Part shown: in pieces, positions 40,890 to 58,481 of the stretch | How positions within the stretch are numbered: position 1 is the stretch's first letter | Layout: every line of letters starts with the position of its first letter | NCBI RefSeq assembly: GCF_018350175.1 | Contig: NC_058368.1 | Coordinates: 121,398,001 to 121,462,000 of the forward strand | DNA from: Felis catus | Lineage: Eukaryota | Reading direction: 5' to 3' | DNA length: 64,000 bases | Program-made: the position numbers and the translations under genes | Notes under the pieces: generated by a model | The model's database searches: none | Told to the model about the DNA's origin: nothing | What the model saw: only the letters and a program-made list of their open reading frames with translations

Positions 40890-43691
40890 CCAATATCAAA
40901 AAGGCAACCAAATGTCAGGCATTGGAGGTGGGTAAAGGAGTTGAACTATAAACCTATAAAGACAGGGAAGGAATTTGGGAGGTGATAGAACTGCTCTGTA
41001 TGGTACTGTGGGGTTAGAAACACGACTCCAGGGGCACCTGGGTGGCTCAGTCGGTTAAGAGTACAGCTTCGGCTGGACCATGATCTCATGGTTTGAGCCC
41101 TGCTTCAGGCTCTGTGCTGAGACCTCAGAGCCTGAAGCCTACTTTGGATTCTGTGTCTCCCTCTCTCTCTGCTCCTTCTCCACTCACACTCTGTCTCACT
41201 CTCTCAAAATTAAACAAACATTTAAAAAAAAAGTAAAAAAAAAGAAACACAACTCCATGTATTTGTCAAACCAACACCACTATCTGCTAAAAAGATTGAA
41301 TTTTATTGTATATACATTTGTTTAAAAAATCAACCAGGATATGGGAGGAACCAAAGATGAAATGCAGACTGTGACAAATGTATCAAACAGTATTATTAAT
41401 ATATGATAAAACCACACTTTGAAATGAGTGGAAAAAAAAGGAGTTTTAGAAGTAACTTTGTCGGGGAGTGGGGGGCACCTGGGTGGCTCAAACGATTGAG
41501 CACCCGACGTTAGCTGAAGTCATGATCTCATGGTTCATGGGTTCAAGCCTCACATCAGGCTCACTGTTGTCAGCACAGAGCCTACTTCAGATTCTCTGTC
41601 CCCTGCTTTTTCTGCCCCTCCTCTGCTCACACACTCTCTCTCTCAAAAATAACTGGGGCGCCTGGGTGGCTCAGTCGGTTAAGCGTCCGGCTTCGGCTCA
41701 GGTCATGATCTTGCGGTCCGTGAGTTCAAGCCCCACATCAGGCTCTGGGCTGACAGCTCAGAGCCTGGAGCCTGTTTCAGATTCTGTGTCTCCCTCTCTC
41801 TCTGACCCTCCCCCGTTCATGCTCTCTCTCTCCCTGTCTCAAAAATAAATAAACATTAAAAAAAAAAATTTTTTTTTAAAAAAACTAATAAAGGGGCAGC
41901 TGGGTGGCTCAGTCGGTTAAGCGTCTGACTTTGGCTCAGGTCATGATTTCATTGTTCGTGGGTTCGAGCCCCACATCAGGCTCTGTGCTGACAGCTCAAA
42001 GCCTGGAGCCTATTTCAGATTCTGTGTCTCCCTCTCTCTCTTCCCCTACCCTGCTCACTCTCTGTATCTCTGTCTCAAAAGTAAATAAACATTAAAAAAA
42101 AAAATGTGTTTTTAAAATAACTAATAAAAACAATTTAAAAAATAAATAAAAGCAACTTTGGGGGGGGGGGGTGCATGGCTGGCTCAGTCAGTAGAACATG
42201 CGACTTGATCTCAGGGACTTTGACTTCAAGAGCCCCATGTTCAGCATGGAGCTTACTAAAAAAAAAAAAAAAAAAAAAAATAAGTAACTTTGGAAAAGAA
42301 TATGTTGACTAGATTCTAAGGACAAAAAGTATATACAAACACTGTACTTTAGTTGGTAAAACTGTTCCTCCCAGGAGTATGGGTTAAGCAGTTCTGAACT
42401 ACCAGTAGACTAGGATTAAATAAATCATATACTATAAATAATGAGGGCCAGATTTCTCAATGTCAGAGAAAGAAGTCACAAATTGGCAAAAGGAGAATGC
42501 TAGAATGAGCGTTATGGTGCTAACAGGGAGCCAAAGTTATCAGTATGAACTTTTTTTTTTTTTTTTGAAGTAAACTCTAACCCCACTGTGGGGCTCAAAC
42601 TCATGACCCCAAGATCAAGAGTCACATGCTCTATCAAATAAGCCAGCCAGGTGCCTCACAGTAAGAACTTTTCAAATATATATAGAGATAAAGAACTATT
42701 ATAGACAGGTGCATATATGTGGGTTACCACGGTTAATACATATATTTCTTTCCTCTTTCTACTGAAAGGAGCTACAATGAGTATACCTAGCATTCAGAAC
42801 TTAGTTTTCTAAATACCATTTCTCAACTAAAGGAAACAGGCCTCCTTGGGGATGTGGTTGATTCCAGGGCTGGAACAGGGAAAATATAAGACAAAGCTGT
42901 AGTATATTGGCACCAGAAAATAATAAAGGGCTTCAAAAAGAAAAGAAAAAAGATGGGAGCATATCAGATAGCCACAGGAGCCAGCATAAAAGACTCTCAA
43001 TGACCAAAATCAGAACAAGTTGAGTAATTACAATAACAACCCCCAAAACACCAGAGAGTACTGGAGTATAACCCAAAGAATAAAATAAATATGCATGAAT
43101 CCATACCGATATAAAAAGGGACTGAATAAATAATTAACTGGGGAAGAGAGGACAACTATTCTTTTCAGAAGAATTCTAGGTAATAAATGAAGAAAGAATG
43201 AGGGAAATGGAAAATCACTATTAGAACAACACAGTAATAGGGTGCCTAGGTGGCACAGTCAAATAAGCATCTGACTCCTGATTTCAGCTCAGATCATGAT
43301 CTCACAGTTCATGAGTTCAAGCCCCCAAATCAGGCTCTGCACTGACAGTGTGGAGTCTGTTTGGAATTTTCTCTCTCCCTCTCTCAAAAATAAACAAACA
43401 TAAAAAAAAAAAAGAACACAGTAATAACTATAGCAGGCAGGCAAGATCCACAGATGAATGCTAAAATTAATGAGAAAATATTTAAAAAGAAGATATTGAG
43501 GCGCCTGGGTGGCTGTCGGTTAAGCGTCCAACTTCAGTTCAGGCCACAATCTCAGAGTTCATGGGTTCAAACCCTGCGTCAGGCTCTGTGCTGAAAGCCC
43601 AGAACCTGGAGCCTGCTTCGGATTCTGTGTCTTCCCCTCTCTCTGCCCATCTCCCACTCATGATCTGTCTCTCAAAAATAAATAAACATTA

Positions 43692-43722
<31 letters not shown>

Positions 43723-44300
43723 ATAGTACTATTTCCATAGCCTCAAAGTATCTCTCAAAATATATACAAATCAAGGGGCAAAATGGAGTCCCTACAGTAG
43801 AAAAACCTGACAGACACCACCTAAACCAAACGATCAAGGTTAACATCACCAGTAATGAGATACCAATATCATACGCTCACTGATACGATGCAATGAGGAG
43901 GACATGTCACCTCTCAATCAACTCATGACTCATGAGAAAGCATTAAACAAACTCAAATTGAGGGACATGCTATAAATTATCTGACCAGCACTCTCCAGAA
44001 GTGTGAAAATCAAGGAAGACAAAGATGGAAGAGACTAAGGAGACATACTAAGGAGATGTGACAAGTAAATGCAATGTGGAATCTTGGATTAGACCTGCAA
44101 ACAGAATAAGGGTGTTAATGAAAAAACTGTTCAAAGTCAAATGAGGTTTGTAGTTCAGTAAATAGGATTGTTCAAATGTTAATTTCTTAGCTTTCAGGGT
44201 TGTACATGGTTATGTAAGATGTAACCTTAGGGGAATTTAGGGGATCATGAGGGAACTCCGCTCTACCTTGCAATCCTTCTCTAAATCTAAAATTTATTGC
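40890..44300 (+). mobile_element. Old L1M (L1MC-like) 3' region, split by many SINEs
   Basis: Recognisable L1MC-type 3' UTR motifs (e.g. AAATGCAATGTGGAATCTTGGATT, GTTAATTTCTTAG); boundaries approximate. Confidence 0.6.
41030..42280 (+). mobile_element. Cluster of five CAN-SINEs
   Basis: Heads near 41031, 41471, 41655, 41893 and 42168. Confidence 0.9.
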
Positions 44301-44600
44301 CGAAAAAAGCAAAAGGGGGGGAAAGAGCCATCAAAAAGTCAGAAAAATAACTTCTGGCTTTGTTACTTTTTCAAAATTACTGAGTACTTTTTATGTGCTA
44401 AGTCCTGAAAATACAAAGATAAATTAGACAAGGCACCTGGGTGGCTCAGTCAGTTAAGCGTCTGACTCTTGATTTTGGCTCAGATTGTAATCTCATGGTT
44501 TGTGAGATCAAACCCCGCCTCAGGCTCTGTGCTCACTGCATAGAGCCTGCCTCTCTCTGCCCCTCCCCCATGCACACTCTCTCAAAGTAAATAAACATTA

Positions 44601-44810
<210 letters not shown>

Positions 44811-45569
44811 CTATAACAAATACAACATTAGAGTGAAGTTCAAAATTTGAGGTAGAAACAATTTGAATTTTTTTATATTTTTAGAGCCAACTAAAATTGA
44901 CTCTGAAATTTTCTGCAATACACCTATACACATGTGGATCACAATAGAAAACTCACAAGATAAAATTCATGTACCTCAAAATTCACTAATTTATACATTA
45001 GTATTTTACTGCTTTTATTCAGCAAGCATTTATTCAGCAAAGTTCTTAATGTAGTATACTTTGTTAGACATTAAAAGTTCAAAAATACATAAGACATGAG
45101 GTGCCTGGGTGGCTCAGTCAGTTGAGCATCCGACTTCAACTCCGGTCCTGATCTGGTGGTTCACCAGTTCGAGACCTGCGTTGGGCTCTGTGCTAACATC
45201 TCAGAGCCTGGAGTCGGCTTCATATCTGTGTCTCCCTCTATGCCCCTCCCCTGCTCACACTCCGTCTCTGTCTCCCTCTCAAAACTAAAATATACATGAA
45301 AAAAAAATTTTTAAGAGAAAAACGTAAGACATAGCGTTATCATTTTGAATAACAATATGAATCACAGCATTTATTAATTTAAAGATTACTGTTTTATATC
45401 ACCATCATCATCACAACCTTCCGAGGTAGATAGGACAGGTATTTAGTTAGAAAACACACACTTGAGAGATGAAGGGGTTTATCCAAAAGTTATAAATCTA
45501 GCAAGCTACAGAGATAACACATGAACTTTGGCTTTCCACCCCAGCTCCTCTCAATTACACTATAATATC

Positions 45570-45720
45570 ACATATAACACATATCATACATATATATTAT
45601 ATATGTATATATGTTATGTACATGTATATACACATACATAAATAGTATATGTATTATATATGTATATTTATACATATGTATATACGTATATGTAATATAT
45701 ATATATATATATATATACAC
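45570..45720. repeat. Imperfect (TA)n low-complexity tract
   Basis: Alternating TA/TG/CA ending in a pure (TA)n run. Confidence 0.85.
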
Positions 45721-46977
45721 AAAGATGACACCAAGTTAAAGTTAAGAGAAAAATGCAAATATAGGATTATGACTTTTAAAAACGAAGGGGACTCTTCCAT
45801 GCAGAAGAATTTCAGTTAACTAATAAGGAAAGAATGACACAACTAGAAAGTCACCATTTTATAAACACTTATTCAATAAGTGAAGCAGACAAGAAGCATC
45901 AAATGATGCTAAAACCACTGGGTTATTGGATAACCAGATATTCAGAGGCTCCCAAAGTATCATCTGCAGATTACTTTTCAATAACCCACCTTCAGAATGA
46001 AATCTGACAGTTACTAGCTCAACATCATTAAAATGGGACAAAGTGCCATTTTATGCCTTTTGATGTGATACAATGGGAAGTTTACGCCTCACCAATGTAG
46101 TATTCTTGTCAAAATATTTAACCCAAATGTAATCATGAAGAAACAATCAGAAAATTCAGACTTGGACCATTCTACAAAATAACTAGCATACACTCTTCAA
46201 AGACTTCAATGTCATGACAAACTACAAGAAACCAAAAAGAATTAATGACCAAATGCAACGTGTGACCGACAACACACAAAGTAAAAAAAAAAGGCCGGAA
46301 AGGACATTTTGGGACAACTGGAAACATCTGACTAGAGATTAGATGAAGATGCTAATATTACATCAATGTTAAATTTCTTAGAGGGGATAATGAAACTGTG
46401 ATGATGTATAAAATGCCTTTGTTCTCAAAAGACACATGCTAAAGTAGTTAGAGGTAACACAGCATGATATGCGTAACTTACTTTCAGTGAGTTCACAGAA
46501 ACAGAGAAAAGAAAGTATGCATGTATTACATGTGCATTAAGAGAACCAAAGGAATTATGGAAAATGTTAATATTCGGTAACTATGAGTGAAGGGTATATG
46601 GCTGTTCATTCTATCCTTTTACCTGTTCTGCAGGTTTGACATTTTTCAAAAATAAAAGGTTGGAGAAGGAAAAGAAATAGGAAGTTAAATTTCCCAACCC
46701 TCTTACATTTAAGGAATCCTTTCGACAATAATTGTCTGGCCCCTTCTTTACTGAGAATTATTTCTAATATAAATTTATGACAAACGAAGACATTTGCAAA
46801 CATGATCAAAATATGATACAACTAAAACAAACAGTATTATACATTTAAAAAACTGTTTATTACTCTATGTATGTCATGAATAATTGTTAATAGTTATTAT
46901 CTAACTTGAAAACAGAAATATCAATATGTAAGGTCACCAAAAGAGATACAAAAATTACTGAGAAATCACTTAGACCT

Positions 46978-48770
<1,793 letters not shown>

Positions 48771-49028
48771 AGTCATTCCAAAATTCTGGCCCATTGTTCT
48801 TTTTTTCTGTCCTTTCACCAAAAAGGAATTACTTATGACCATGCATAATTAGAACCCTGCACACATACACACAGCATATGCAAATTAAATATAAGAATAT
48901 TTAATATAGGTAAAAATATAAAATTTAGGCTTAAAATTAAGGAATTCTAAGTTCTCTTAACAGGAAATAAATCCCATACATGCCATTTTCTTCAAAATAG
49001 TATTTATCAAAGACCCTCAATCCCATTA

Positions 49029-49151
<123 letters not shown>

Positions 49152-51867
49152 TCATGAAAAAACAAAGCACAGAAAAGAAATTGTTAAGTTCCTTTTAAAA
49201 TGAGGAGGTAGGGTGAAAGGAAAGCTTATTACAAACAACTTGTTTAAATTTTATTATTTAAAAGACCTTTAAAAGTAAACATATGAATGTGGAAATTAAA
49301 AGCCCTCTGAAATTGAAACTTAATTGTGATTTAGAAAAAATAAAATGTTTATGGTTAGATATTAAAGAAATAAATATCCTTGCAGCAAATACTGGAGGTT
49401 TAACTTAAAAATGCTGAGTAAAGATAATTTGCTGAGGATAATTTTAATACTCTTAGGAAACTGGATTAATTTAATATTTTAGTGATTAAATGAGATTTGC
49501 CTTCATTTGATATATATAAAGCAATTCAAAGTCCATCAGCTATAATAAAACATCTTCAGTATTACATGACACATGGAAAATTAATTTAAGAAGGGTCTCT
49601 CTAAAGCTGTTTAATTTATATTATTTTTTCTTACAATCAAATGTATAACGTACCTATAAAAGTTACAAAGCACAATAAAATGAATGCCTGTAAGCATGCT
49701 ATCCAAGTGATGAGCCCACTGAATCTACACTGTGTGCTCCTCAGCCCTCTCCCCGCAGAGAAAACCAGTATCTTGAAATCTACTTTTGTCATTCCCTTCA
49801 TTTTGAATAGTTTATATCTCTGTCTGTGTCCTTAAACAATGTTATCACTTACTTTTGCTCACCTATGGGCTTCATTAAAAATTATACACAAGGGCACATG
49901 GGTGGCTCAGTTGGTAGAGCAAGCGACTCTAGGGTTGTGATTTCAAGCCCCATGTCGGGTGGAGATATTAATGAAAAAAACTTTTTTTCATTCAATGTTA
50001 CATTTCTAAGTTCCCTCACTTCATTTTCTTTCATAGAACAAAGTTTTCAGTTCACTCTCGATAACTTTACCTGAAGTTGGCCAAAATTCTAGAAACAATA
50101 AAAGCTATAAAGTATAACATCAAAGACTTTATATTACAGCAACACTCTTAATTTCTTTAAAAAAAAAAAAAAAAAGTCCAAATTCAGAGTTGCCTGAGTG
50201 GCTCAGTCAGTTAAGTGTCTGACTTCAGATCAGGTTGTGATCTTGCAGTTTGTGCCTTTGACCTCAGCATCGGGTTCTCTGCTGTCAACACAGAGCCTGC
50301 TTTAGATCCTCTGTCCTCCTCTCTCTCTGTACCCCCCTGCACATGCACGCTTTCTCTCTCTTTCACAAAAATAAACATAAAAAAATTCCACTAGCATGTT
50401 GCTTAGTAGCAAGGAAAGTACCTTTTGAAATCAGAATGTCCTAAAAAGCAGTCCAGGCCCTGTCAATTCCTAGCTATGCAACCTTGAACTGGTTACTTAG
50501 CCTCCCTGTACCTCAGTATCCTCATCTATAAAATGGGAATAGGGGCCCCTGGGTGGCCCAGTCAGTTGAGCATCTGACTTGGCTCAGGTCAAGATTTCAC
50601 GGTTTGTGGGTTTGAGCCCCATGTCGGGCTCTGTGCTGACAGCTCAGACCCTGGAGCCTGCTTCAGATTCTGTGTCTCCCTCTCTCTCTGCCCTTCCTCT
50701 GCTTGTGCTCTGACTCTGTCTCTCAAAAATAAATAAATGCTTAAAAAATATATTAATAAAGAAATAAAATAAAATAAGGATAAAAATACTGCTAACCCTA
50801 AAGGGTTATTAAAAAGATTAAATGATAATAGGCATACTAAAAATGGAATATTTCCTAAGCCTTTGCATAACAACCAATAAGTTTTTAAGATTAGCTACTA
50901 TTTTAATTATTGTCAATGTATTTCGTCATTGTAACAAGAACATTTTTCTACATTTCAACATATCTGAAATTGAGATGCTCCTATAATTGATGCATACATT
51001 TATTACACTACTGTTTGGGGGCAGTTATTTTGTTTTTATTTTTCCCTAGTACCATATCATTACCTGTGGCTTGTCTTATAATTGATGCTTAAAACCAAGG
51101 CAATACAGTATTTATGAAATAAGATCTTAAAATACAGAAACCCTTGAAAAAAAATTTTTAAAGAGTTGGGTTGTTGTTGTTTTTTTTGTTTTGTTTTTTA
51201 GCATTTATTTATTTCTGAGAGAGAGAGAACACACCCAAGCTAGCAAGCAAGGGAAGGGCAAAGAGAGGGAGACAGAGGATCCGAACAGGGCTCCACCCTG
51301 ACAGCAGAAAGACCGATGTGGGGCTCCAACTCATGAACCACAAGATCATGACCTGAGCCAAAGTCAGAAGCTTAACTGACTAAGCCACCAAGGTGCCCCT
51401 GAAACCCTTCAAAATTTAATACTTGGTGTCTTTGGAGATAATTAGCACCATAATATGAGTCTCTACTAGAATAATCTCATTTTATCAGTTAGGAAAGACA
51501 AAACTTCAAAACATTGTCTTTTGTCTAAATATGAAAAATATTAGTTAAAAAAAAAAGCTATGTAGAAAAAGTCCTTTAAGAATTCTATAGGAGGAGCATC
51601 TAGCTCACTCAGAGAGCATGCAACTCTTGATCCCAGGGTCGTGAATTCAAGTCCCACACTAGGCACAGAGCTCACTTAAAAAAAAAAAAAAAAAAAGAAT
51701 TCTATTGGAAAGAAAATCCTACTCTGAAATCGAGAAAATAAAAGTTACCTTCTTCAGCCTGTTTCAGACATTATAAGTACAATCTGCCTTATGCTTTCCA
51801 CAAAGCAGTTTCTGTAGCCAACAGTTTTGGGAACACAAGGTGTAGAACTTCATAAAGTACTACTCAC

Positions 51868-51986
51868 CTAGTCTGGTTCTCCACATTAGATGCATCAACC
51901 TCAAACACTTTCTCAGTATCCCATTTCTGTTGGATTTCTTTCTCAATCTTCTTCAAAAAGTCCACTTTTGCTGTTCCTTTTCTTTC
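51868..51986 (-). CDS. LARS1: LARS1 exon 2 (119 nt)
   Basis: atag|[39 protein letters not shown]|gtgagt. Confidence 0.97.
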
Positions 51987-52869
51987 CTATTGGACACAAA
52001 AGAGATACAACAATCCACTCTATACTTGGACAGTCTTGCTTTAAAAAAAGAAAAAAAAAATACATTCACATAGAACAAGCTGTTTACTGATAGGCAATTT
52101 TTCCATGGTTATCATGAACTTTAAACAAAGAAGATTAAAAATTTGCGCTATCACAATCTGTCTACTTTAAACACCAAAGGGATAGTTAATGAATTACTAA
52201 AATATATAAAGGGCTTTGAAATACTTCTATTAAATGAGACACTAAAACAGATACTGTTCCTATTTAGTTAAGATGCACAAATACTTAGAAAAGTACAAGA
52301 TGGCCAAGCTGCAATAATGCTCAATCAAAGGATGCTGAGACCCAATGGGAAGAGGCTGAGGAAGGGTTAGTAATCTACATGTTTTTTTTTCAAGGCAACT
52401 GATGAAGAACTCCTCTCCAAAATGGTTAACAGACTATTAACATGAAATTTAAATGAAACAGAATGGCAAGCATGTCTCTAATATATCAGATGTACCAGCA
52501 ACATTGCCATCCTTCCATAAGCTGCCTGTGGATGAAAGCGAAAGCAAAAAAACATGTATGATCATTCTACCTCTGAAAAGGAAGAGCTAGAGCTTCCTTC
52601 TCAGTTTGTGACTGTGTGAAAAACAGATGCTAAAAGCAGGTAAGCCAAAGCTGGCGTGGAATGAAACACAGAGCAGACAAGTATGAAAGCTGGATACTAA
52701 TGGACCATACACAAATCTAATTCTGTTTTGAAATTTAGTATTAGTCTCTAAAATGTGTTTTCTGGTATAGTTATCTGAACTGAAATTGGATTTTACCCCC
52801 TTCTTACGTGCAAACATTCCCAGATTGTGCAGCATTTTCAAATGAGAAAATACCTGGGTTCTATTCATA

Positions 52870-55800
52870 CCTTTTTTTTAAGATTTTTTTTTTTTTTAAG
52901 TAATCTCTACACCCAACATGAGGCTCAAACTTACAACCCCAAGATCAAGAGTCACATGTTCTACCAAGTGAGCCAGCCAGGTGCCTCTGGGTTCTACTCA
53001 TACTTTTACAACCTACTACCCAAGACGAACTTGCCAAGTTACCTAAAGACTGCAACTCAGTCTCCTTTAAGAGTGCCTCTCTCTGTCCTTTCACCCAACA
53101 ATTTAAAAAATGCTTTCCATTGGGGCGACTGGCTGGCTCAGTCCAGAGAGCACACAACTCTTGATCTTGGGTACATGAGTTCAAGCTCACATTGGGCATA
53201 TAATTCAATTAAAAATATGTATTTAGGGGTGCCTGGGTGGCTCTGCCAGCTGAGCGTCCAACTTCAGCTCAGGTCATGATCTCACAGCTCATGAGTTCAA
53301 GCCTCTGTCAGGCTCTGTGCTGACAGTGTGGAGCCTGCTTGGGATTCTCTCCCTTTCCCTCTCTCCCTGTCCCCTCCCCACATGCTCTCTCTCTTCTTTC
53401 TCAGATAAACTTTAAATAGATACACAATTTATATACACACATATGTATATACGTGAGATCAGGTCAAGATCTCAGTTTGTGAGCTCGAGACCCACGCTGG
53501 GCTCTGTGCTGACATCTCAGAGCCTCAAGCCTGCTTCAGATTCTGTGTCTCCCTCCCTTCCCCTGCTCACACTCTGTCCCTCTCTCTCAAGAATAATCAA
53601 ACATTAAAAAAATTTTTTTTTAATTTTAAATTTAAAAAAAGTATGCTGTCTCTCTCTCCAAAATAAACAAACATTTAAAAAACATTGGGGCACCTGAGTG
53701 GCTCAGTCGAATGAGCATCTAACTTCAGCTCAGGTCATGATCTCCCAGTTCATGAATTCGAGCCCTGCATCAGGCTCATTGCTGTGGTGCAGACACTGCT
53801 TCAGATCCTCTGCTCACCTCTCTCTGCCCCTCTCCCACCGGCGTTCTCTCAAAAATAAACATTTTTTTAAATTTACAAATAAAAAAAATTTTTTTTTAAA
53901 TTTTTAAAAAAGGGGCGCCTCGGTGGCTCAGTTGGTTAAGCATCCAACTTTGGCTCAGGTCATGATCTCACAGCTTGTGGGTTTGAGCTCCACACTGGGC
54001 TCTGTGCTGATAGCTCAGAGCCTGGAGTCTGCTTCGGATTCTCTGTCTCCCCCTCGCTCGCTCTGTCTCTCTCTCAAAAATAGACATTAAAAAAATTAAT
54101 ACATACACACACACACACACACATATATTTTATACTACTTTTTAAAAAAGTGGACCGCCTGGTGGCCTCGGTCAGTAGAGCATGTGACTCCTGACCTCTG
54201 TGTTGTGAGTTGAAGCCCCACATTGTATGTAGAGCTTACAAAAACTACTTTTGGGGCACCTGGGTGGTCAGTTGGTTTAGCACCTGACTCCTGATTTCAA
54301 CTTAGGTGATGATCTCATGGTTCATGGGATCAAACCCCATATCAGGCTCTGTGCTGAGTGTGGAGCCTGCCTGGGATTCTCTCTCCCTCTCTCTCTGACC
54401 ATCCCCAGCTGACACTCTCACTCTCTCTCAATCAATGAATCTATCAATCAATAAGCTTTCTATTTGTATCACAAATATACTGGACTTTTAAATGGTTACA
54501 CAAATTTGAACACTTGCAAAGAGGAATTATGTGCAATAAAAAAACCCCAAACTTAACATTATTTCTCCAAAAACTATCTTAAATATACTTTGTGCATTAA
54601 GTAATAAAATAACCAACACTATTAAAATTAAGATTTAATACAAATCTACTAAAAGGTATCAGCTCTGTTGTACTATTTTCAGTTTTCTATATTTTAAACC
54701 AAAGAATGGTTTCCTATTTTTTAACGTAGTTAAACGTAGTTTTAACGTAGTTAAAAAACAGGAGACAGGGGCGCCTGGGTGGCGCAGTCGGTTAAGCGTC
54801 AGACTTCAGCCAGGTCACGATCTCGCGGTCTGTGAGTTCGAGCCCCGCGTCGGGCTCTGGGCTGATGGCTCAGAGCCTGGAGCCTGTTTCGGATTCTGTG
54901 TCTCCCTCTCTCTCTGCCCCTCCCCCATTCATGCTCTGTCTCTCTCTGTCCCAAAAAAATAAATAAACGTTGAAAAAAAAAATTAAAAAACAGGAGACAA
55001 AGACAAGCAACAGAAAGATGAAATACCAGCTTACAAGGAGGAGGTAAATGATGGATTAAAGGAAGAACCTTGCCAGAGAGGCAGAGAAGAAATGAGAAAG
55101 AATTCCCTACTTTGAAAAGTCCTGGGGACACCTGGCTGACTCAGTCAGTGGAGCACACAACTCTTGACCTTGGGGTTGTGAGTTCTAGCCCTGTGCTGGG
55201 TGTAGAGATTACTTAAAATCTTAAAGGGGCACCTGGGTGCCTCAGTCGGTTGGTTGAGCGTCCGACTTTGGCTCAGGTCATGATCTCATGGTTTGTGAGT
55301 TCAAGCCCTATGTCGGGCTCTGTGCTGACAGCTCAAAGCCTGGAGCCTGCTTCAGATTCTGTGTCTCCCTCTCTCTCTGCTCCTCCCCCACTCATGCTCT
55401 GTCTCTCTCTGTCTCTCAAAAATGAATAAACATTAAAAAAAATTTTTTTTAATAAATAAATAAAATCTTAAAGGGGCACCTGGGTACCTCAGTCAGTTAA
55501 GCATCGGACTTCAGCTCAAGTCATGATCTTGCAGTTCATGGGTTCAAGCCCCGCACCACACTGGGCTCTGTGCTGACAGCTCAGAGCCTGGAGCCTGTTT
55601 CAATTTCTGTGTCTCCCTCTCTCGCTGCCCCTCTCCTGCTCAAACTGTGACTCTCTCTCTCTCAAAAATTAGCATTAAAAAAAAAGTTTAAATAAATAAA
55701 TAAACTCTTTGAAAAAAAGAGACAGAAAGAAAAAAGAAAAAGAAAAATCATGGACATAACCAGTTCCTCCAGTAATTAAAGGAAAATAAAAGTGACAAGG

Positions 55801-56205
55801 AAATATTTTGTTTCTATAAATCCTTACTGGATTGCTGAGTGGAAATGATATCAAAACACAAATATAATCAAGTCAATTCCTTTTCAGAGGATCTCTATAG
55901 CGGTCAGGATAGAGTCTATACTGTTAAACCTGGCACTTAAGGCCCTTCTTGTCTCATTTCTGCCAAGTCCCTCCCTCCTTCCTTTTTTATATATTTTTTT
56001 TAGTGTTTATTTTTCAGAGAGAGCATGCACGCAAGCATGCACAAGCAAGGGAGGGGCAGAGAGAGAGGGAGACACAGAATCTGAAGCAGGCTCCAGTCTC
56101 TGAACGGTCAGCACAGAGCCGGACATGGGGCTCGAACTCACAAACTGCGAGATCATGACCTGAGCCGAACTCACAGGCTTAACTGACTGAGCCATCCAGG
56201 CACCA
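52870..56205. mobile_element. Dense CAN-SINE cluster in intron 1 (about 13 copies, mostly plus strand)
   Basis: Consecutive SINE heads and tails; copy at 54768 has TSD AAAAAACAGGAGACA. Confidence 0.9.
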
Positions 56206-56513
56206 CTCAGGTCACCCACTGTAAAGGACATGAAAGAAACAGTCTCCACAAATTACTAAGAACTATGTTTTTTTTTTCACTGTTATTGAGCACATTAAAT
56301 GCACAAAGTCTCTTCTTTGAGGTTTCTGCTTCTCAGAAAAACTTGTCCATCAAAAGATCCAAGGTCAATTGTAATGAAACCTGATATTGGCCCCACCACC
56401 AACTGTTGTTTGACCTTGAGAAGTGACTTGATCAATCTGAGCCTTAATTTCTTCACTGGTTATTTAACTAGACAATTGGTTATAATAATTAGTTAAAAGG
56501 TTATTTGACAAGT

Positions 56514-56713
56514 CAGAGGTTCAAAACTTTGGCATTTTTGACAGTTTAGGTTAAATAATTTTTTGTGTTTTGTCTTGTGCATTGTAAGAGGCTTAGAAGC
56601 ATCCCTGGCTTCTGCCCACTAGATGCCAGGAGAATCCCCTAGTTGTGACAACCAAACAGTCTCCAGACCAAATGTTCTCAGGAGGACAAGACCATCCCCA
56701 GTAAAGAACCACT
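56514..56713. mobile_element. MER20-like DNA transposon relic
   Basis: TGTGCATTGTAAGA..AGCATCCCTGGC..CCCACTAGATGCCAG..GTTGTGACAACCAAA..GTCTCCAGAC. Confidence 0.75.
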
Positions 56714-58481
56714 AAAAAAGATAACAAGCTCTTCCATATATTCATAATATTCTGCAGTTCTTGAAACTTTTATGAACATTAACTTTTTGCATCTTAACAA
56801 TAACCCTAAGAAGGAGGCAGACCAGTGATTACCATTTCAAAGATGATAAATAATAAATCTGAAGTTCGGAGATCATTGTGTCAGCAAAAAGTCAAGGTGG
56901 ACAAAAATGTTCATCTTCTGGCTTCTATTTCTGCTTCCTCCTAGTACTCTAGCCATGTCCTAGCTGCCACCACTTACTAGCTATAGAACCTTAGACAAAT
57001 TCCTTAAGCTTTCTGGGCTTCTATTTCTTTATCTTTAAATGAGAATAAAAATTATACTAACATTATAGTATTAGTATGAAAATTAAAAGAGTTAAGGGGC
57101 TCCTAGGTGTCTCGGTTAAGTGTTTGATTTTGGCTCAGGTCATGATCTCACAGTTTGTGAGTTTGAGCCCCACATTGGGCTGTATGCTGACAGCTCAGAG
57201 TCTGGAACCTGCTTCAGATTCTGTGTTTCCCTCTCTCTCTGCCCCTCCCCCACTTATGCCCCTCCCCCACTTATCTCTCTCTCAAAAATAAACAAACATT
57301 AAAAAGAAAGAGTTAATACAGACAAAGGACTTAACCTTGGGCTGGACTCATGGTAAATGCACGATAATGTTAACCAATACCACAAAGAGACATCTAGACA
57401 TCATGTGATTTTATTAGGTATGAAAATGGCATTGGGATTATGTTTTAAGAGAAGTTATCATTACATTAAAAAATATTAAAATATGTATCGATATAAAAAC
57501 TTATACTAAACTATGTCAAATATGTATGTACAGTGCCTGGAATCTGCTTAAAATGAATCCTGAGGGGTGGAGGGGCAGGGTCCCAGGAAGGGATATATGA
57601 AACAAAATAGCCCTGAACTGCCAATTATTGAAGTTGGGTGATGGGTACATGGAAGTACATAATACTATTATCTCTATTTTGCTGACTATTTAAATTTTCC
57701 AAATGAAAGTTTAAAAACAATAATTTTTTTAGATTGGCTATTATGTTCATTATATCACATCGCCAGATCCCCTCTAAAAGTCTGATATGTAACTAGAAGA
57801 GATTAAAACTGTCAAAAGCTTGGGGCGCTTGGGTGGCTTCGTCATTTAAGTGTCCAACACTTGGTTTCAGCTCAGGTCATAATCTAATGGCTTGACCTTG
57901 AGCTGCTGGTTGGGATTCTGTCTCCGTCCCTCTCTACCTCTCTCTCCCACTCGAGATCTCTCTCTCTCTCTCTCATTCTCACTCTCTCCCTCTCTCTCAA
58001 AAATACACAAATAAAAATTTTAAATACACAAAAATAAAAATAGAACTGTCAAAAGCTCTAAAAAATAAATACTATGCTGTGTGGCTCCGTTGGTTAAGCA
58101 TCCAACTTCAGCTCAGGTAATGATCTCATGGTCTGTGAGTTTGAGCCCCACATCGGGCTCTGTGCTGACAGCTAAGAGCCTGGAGCCTGCTTCAGATCTG
58201 TGTCTCCCTTGCTCTCTGCCCCTCCCCAGCTTGCATTCTGTCTCTGTCTCTTTCTCTCTCTCTCAAAAATAAACATTAAACAAATTTTTTAAAATAAATA
58301 CTACTCTGATATGAAGAAAATTTTAGTTTATTATTTATAAATTCAATCATAAAATAAAAACTAATATCCTATCCATGCTATCACATGTTCATTGTCTTAC
58401 ATACTTCATTATTGATAAGATTTCCTCCGGAAACAGAAAACTTTCTTTATGGAAGATGTTTGCAAAAGAAATTTCCTAATT

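Noticed and set aside
54720..54752. (TTAACGTAGT)x3 as a regulatory or CRISPR-like array
   Set aside because: Short slippage-type repeat with no spacers, in eukaryotic intronic context.
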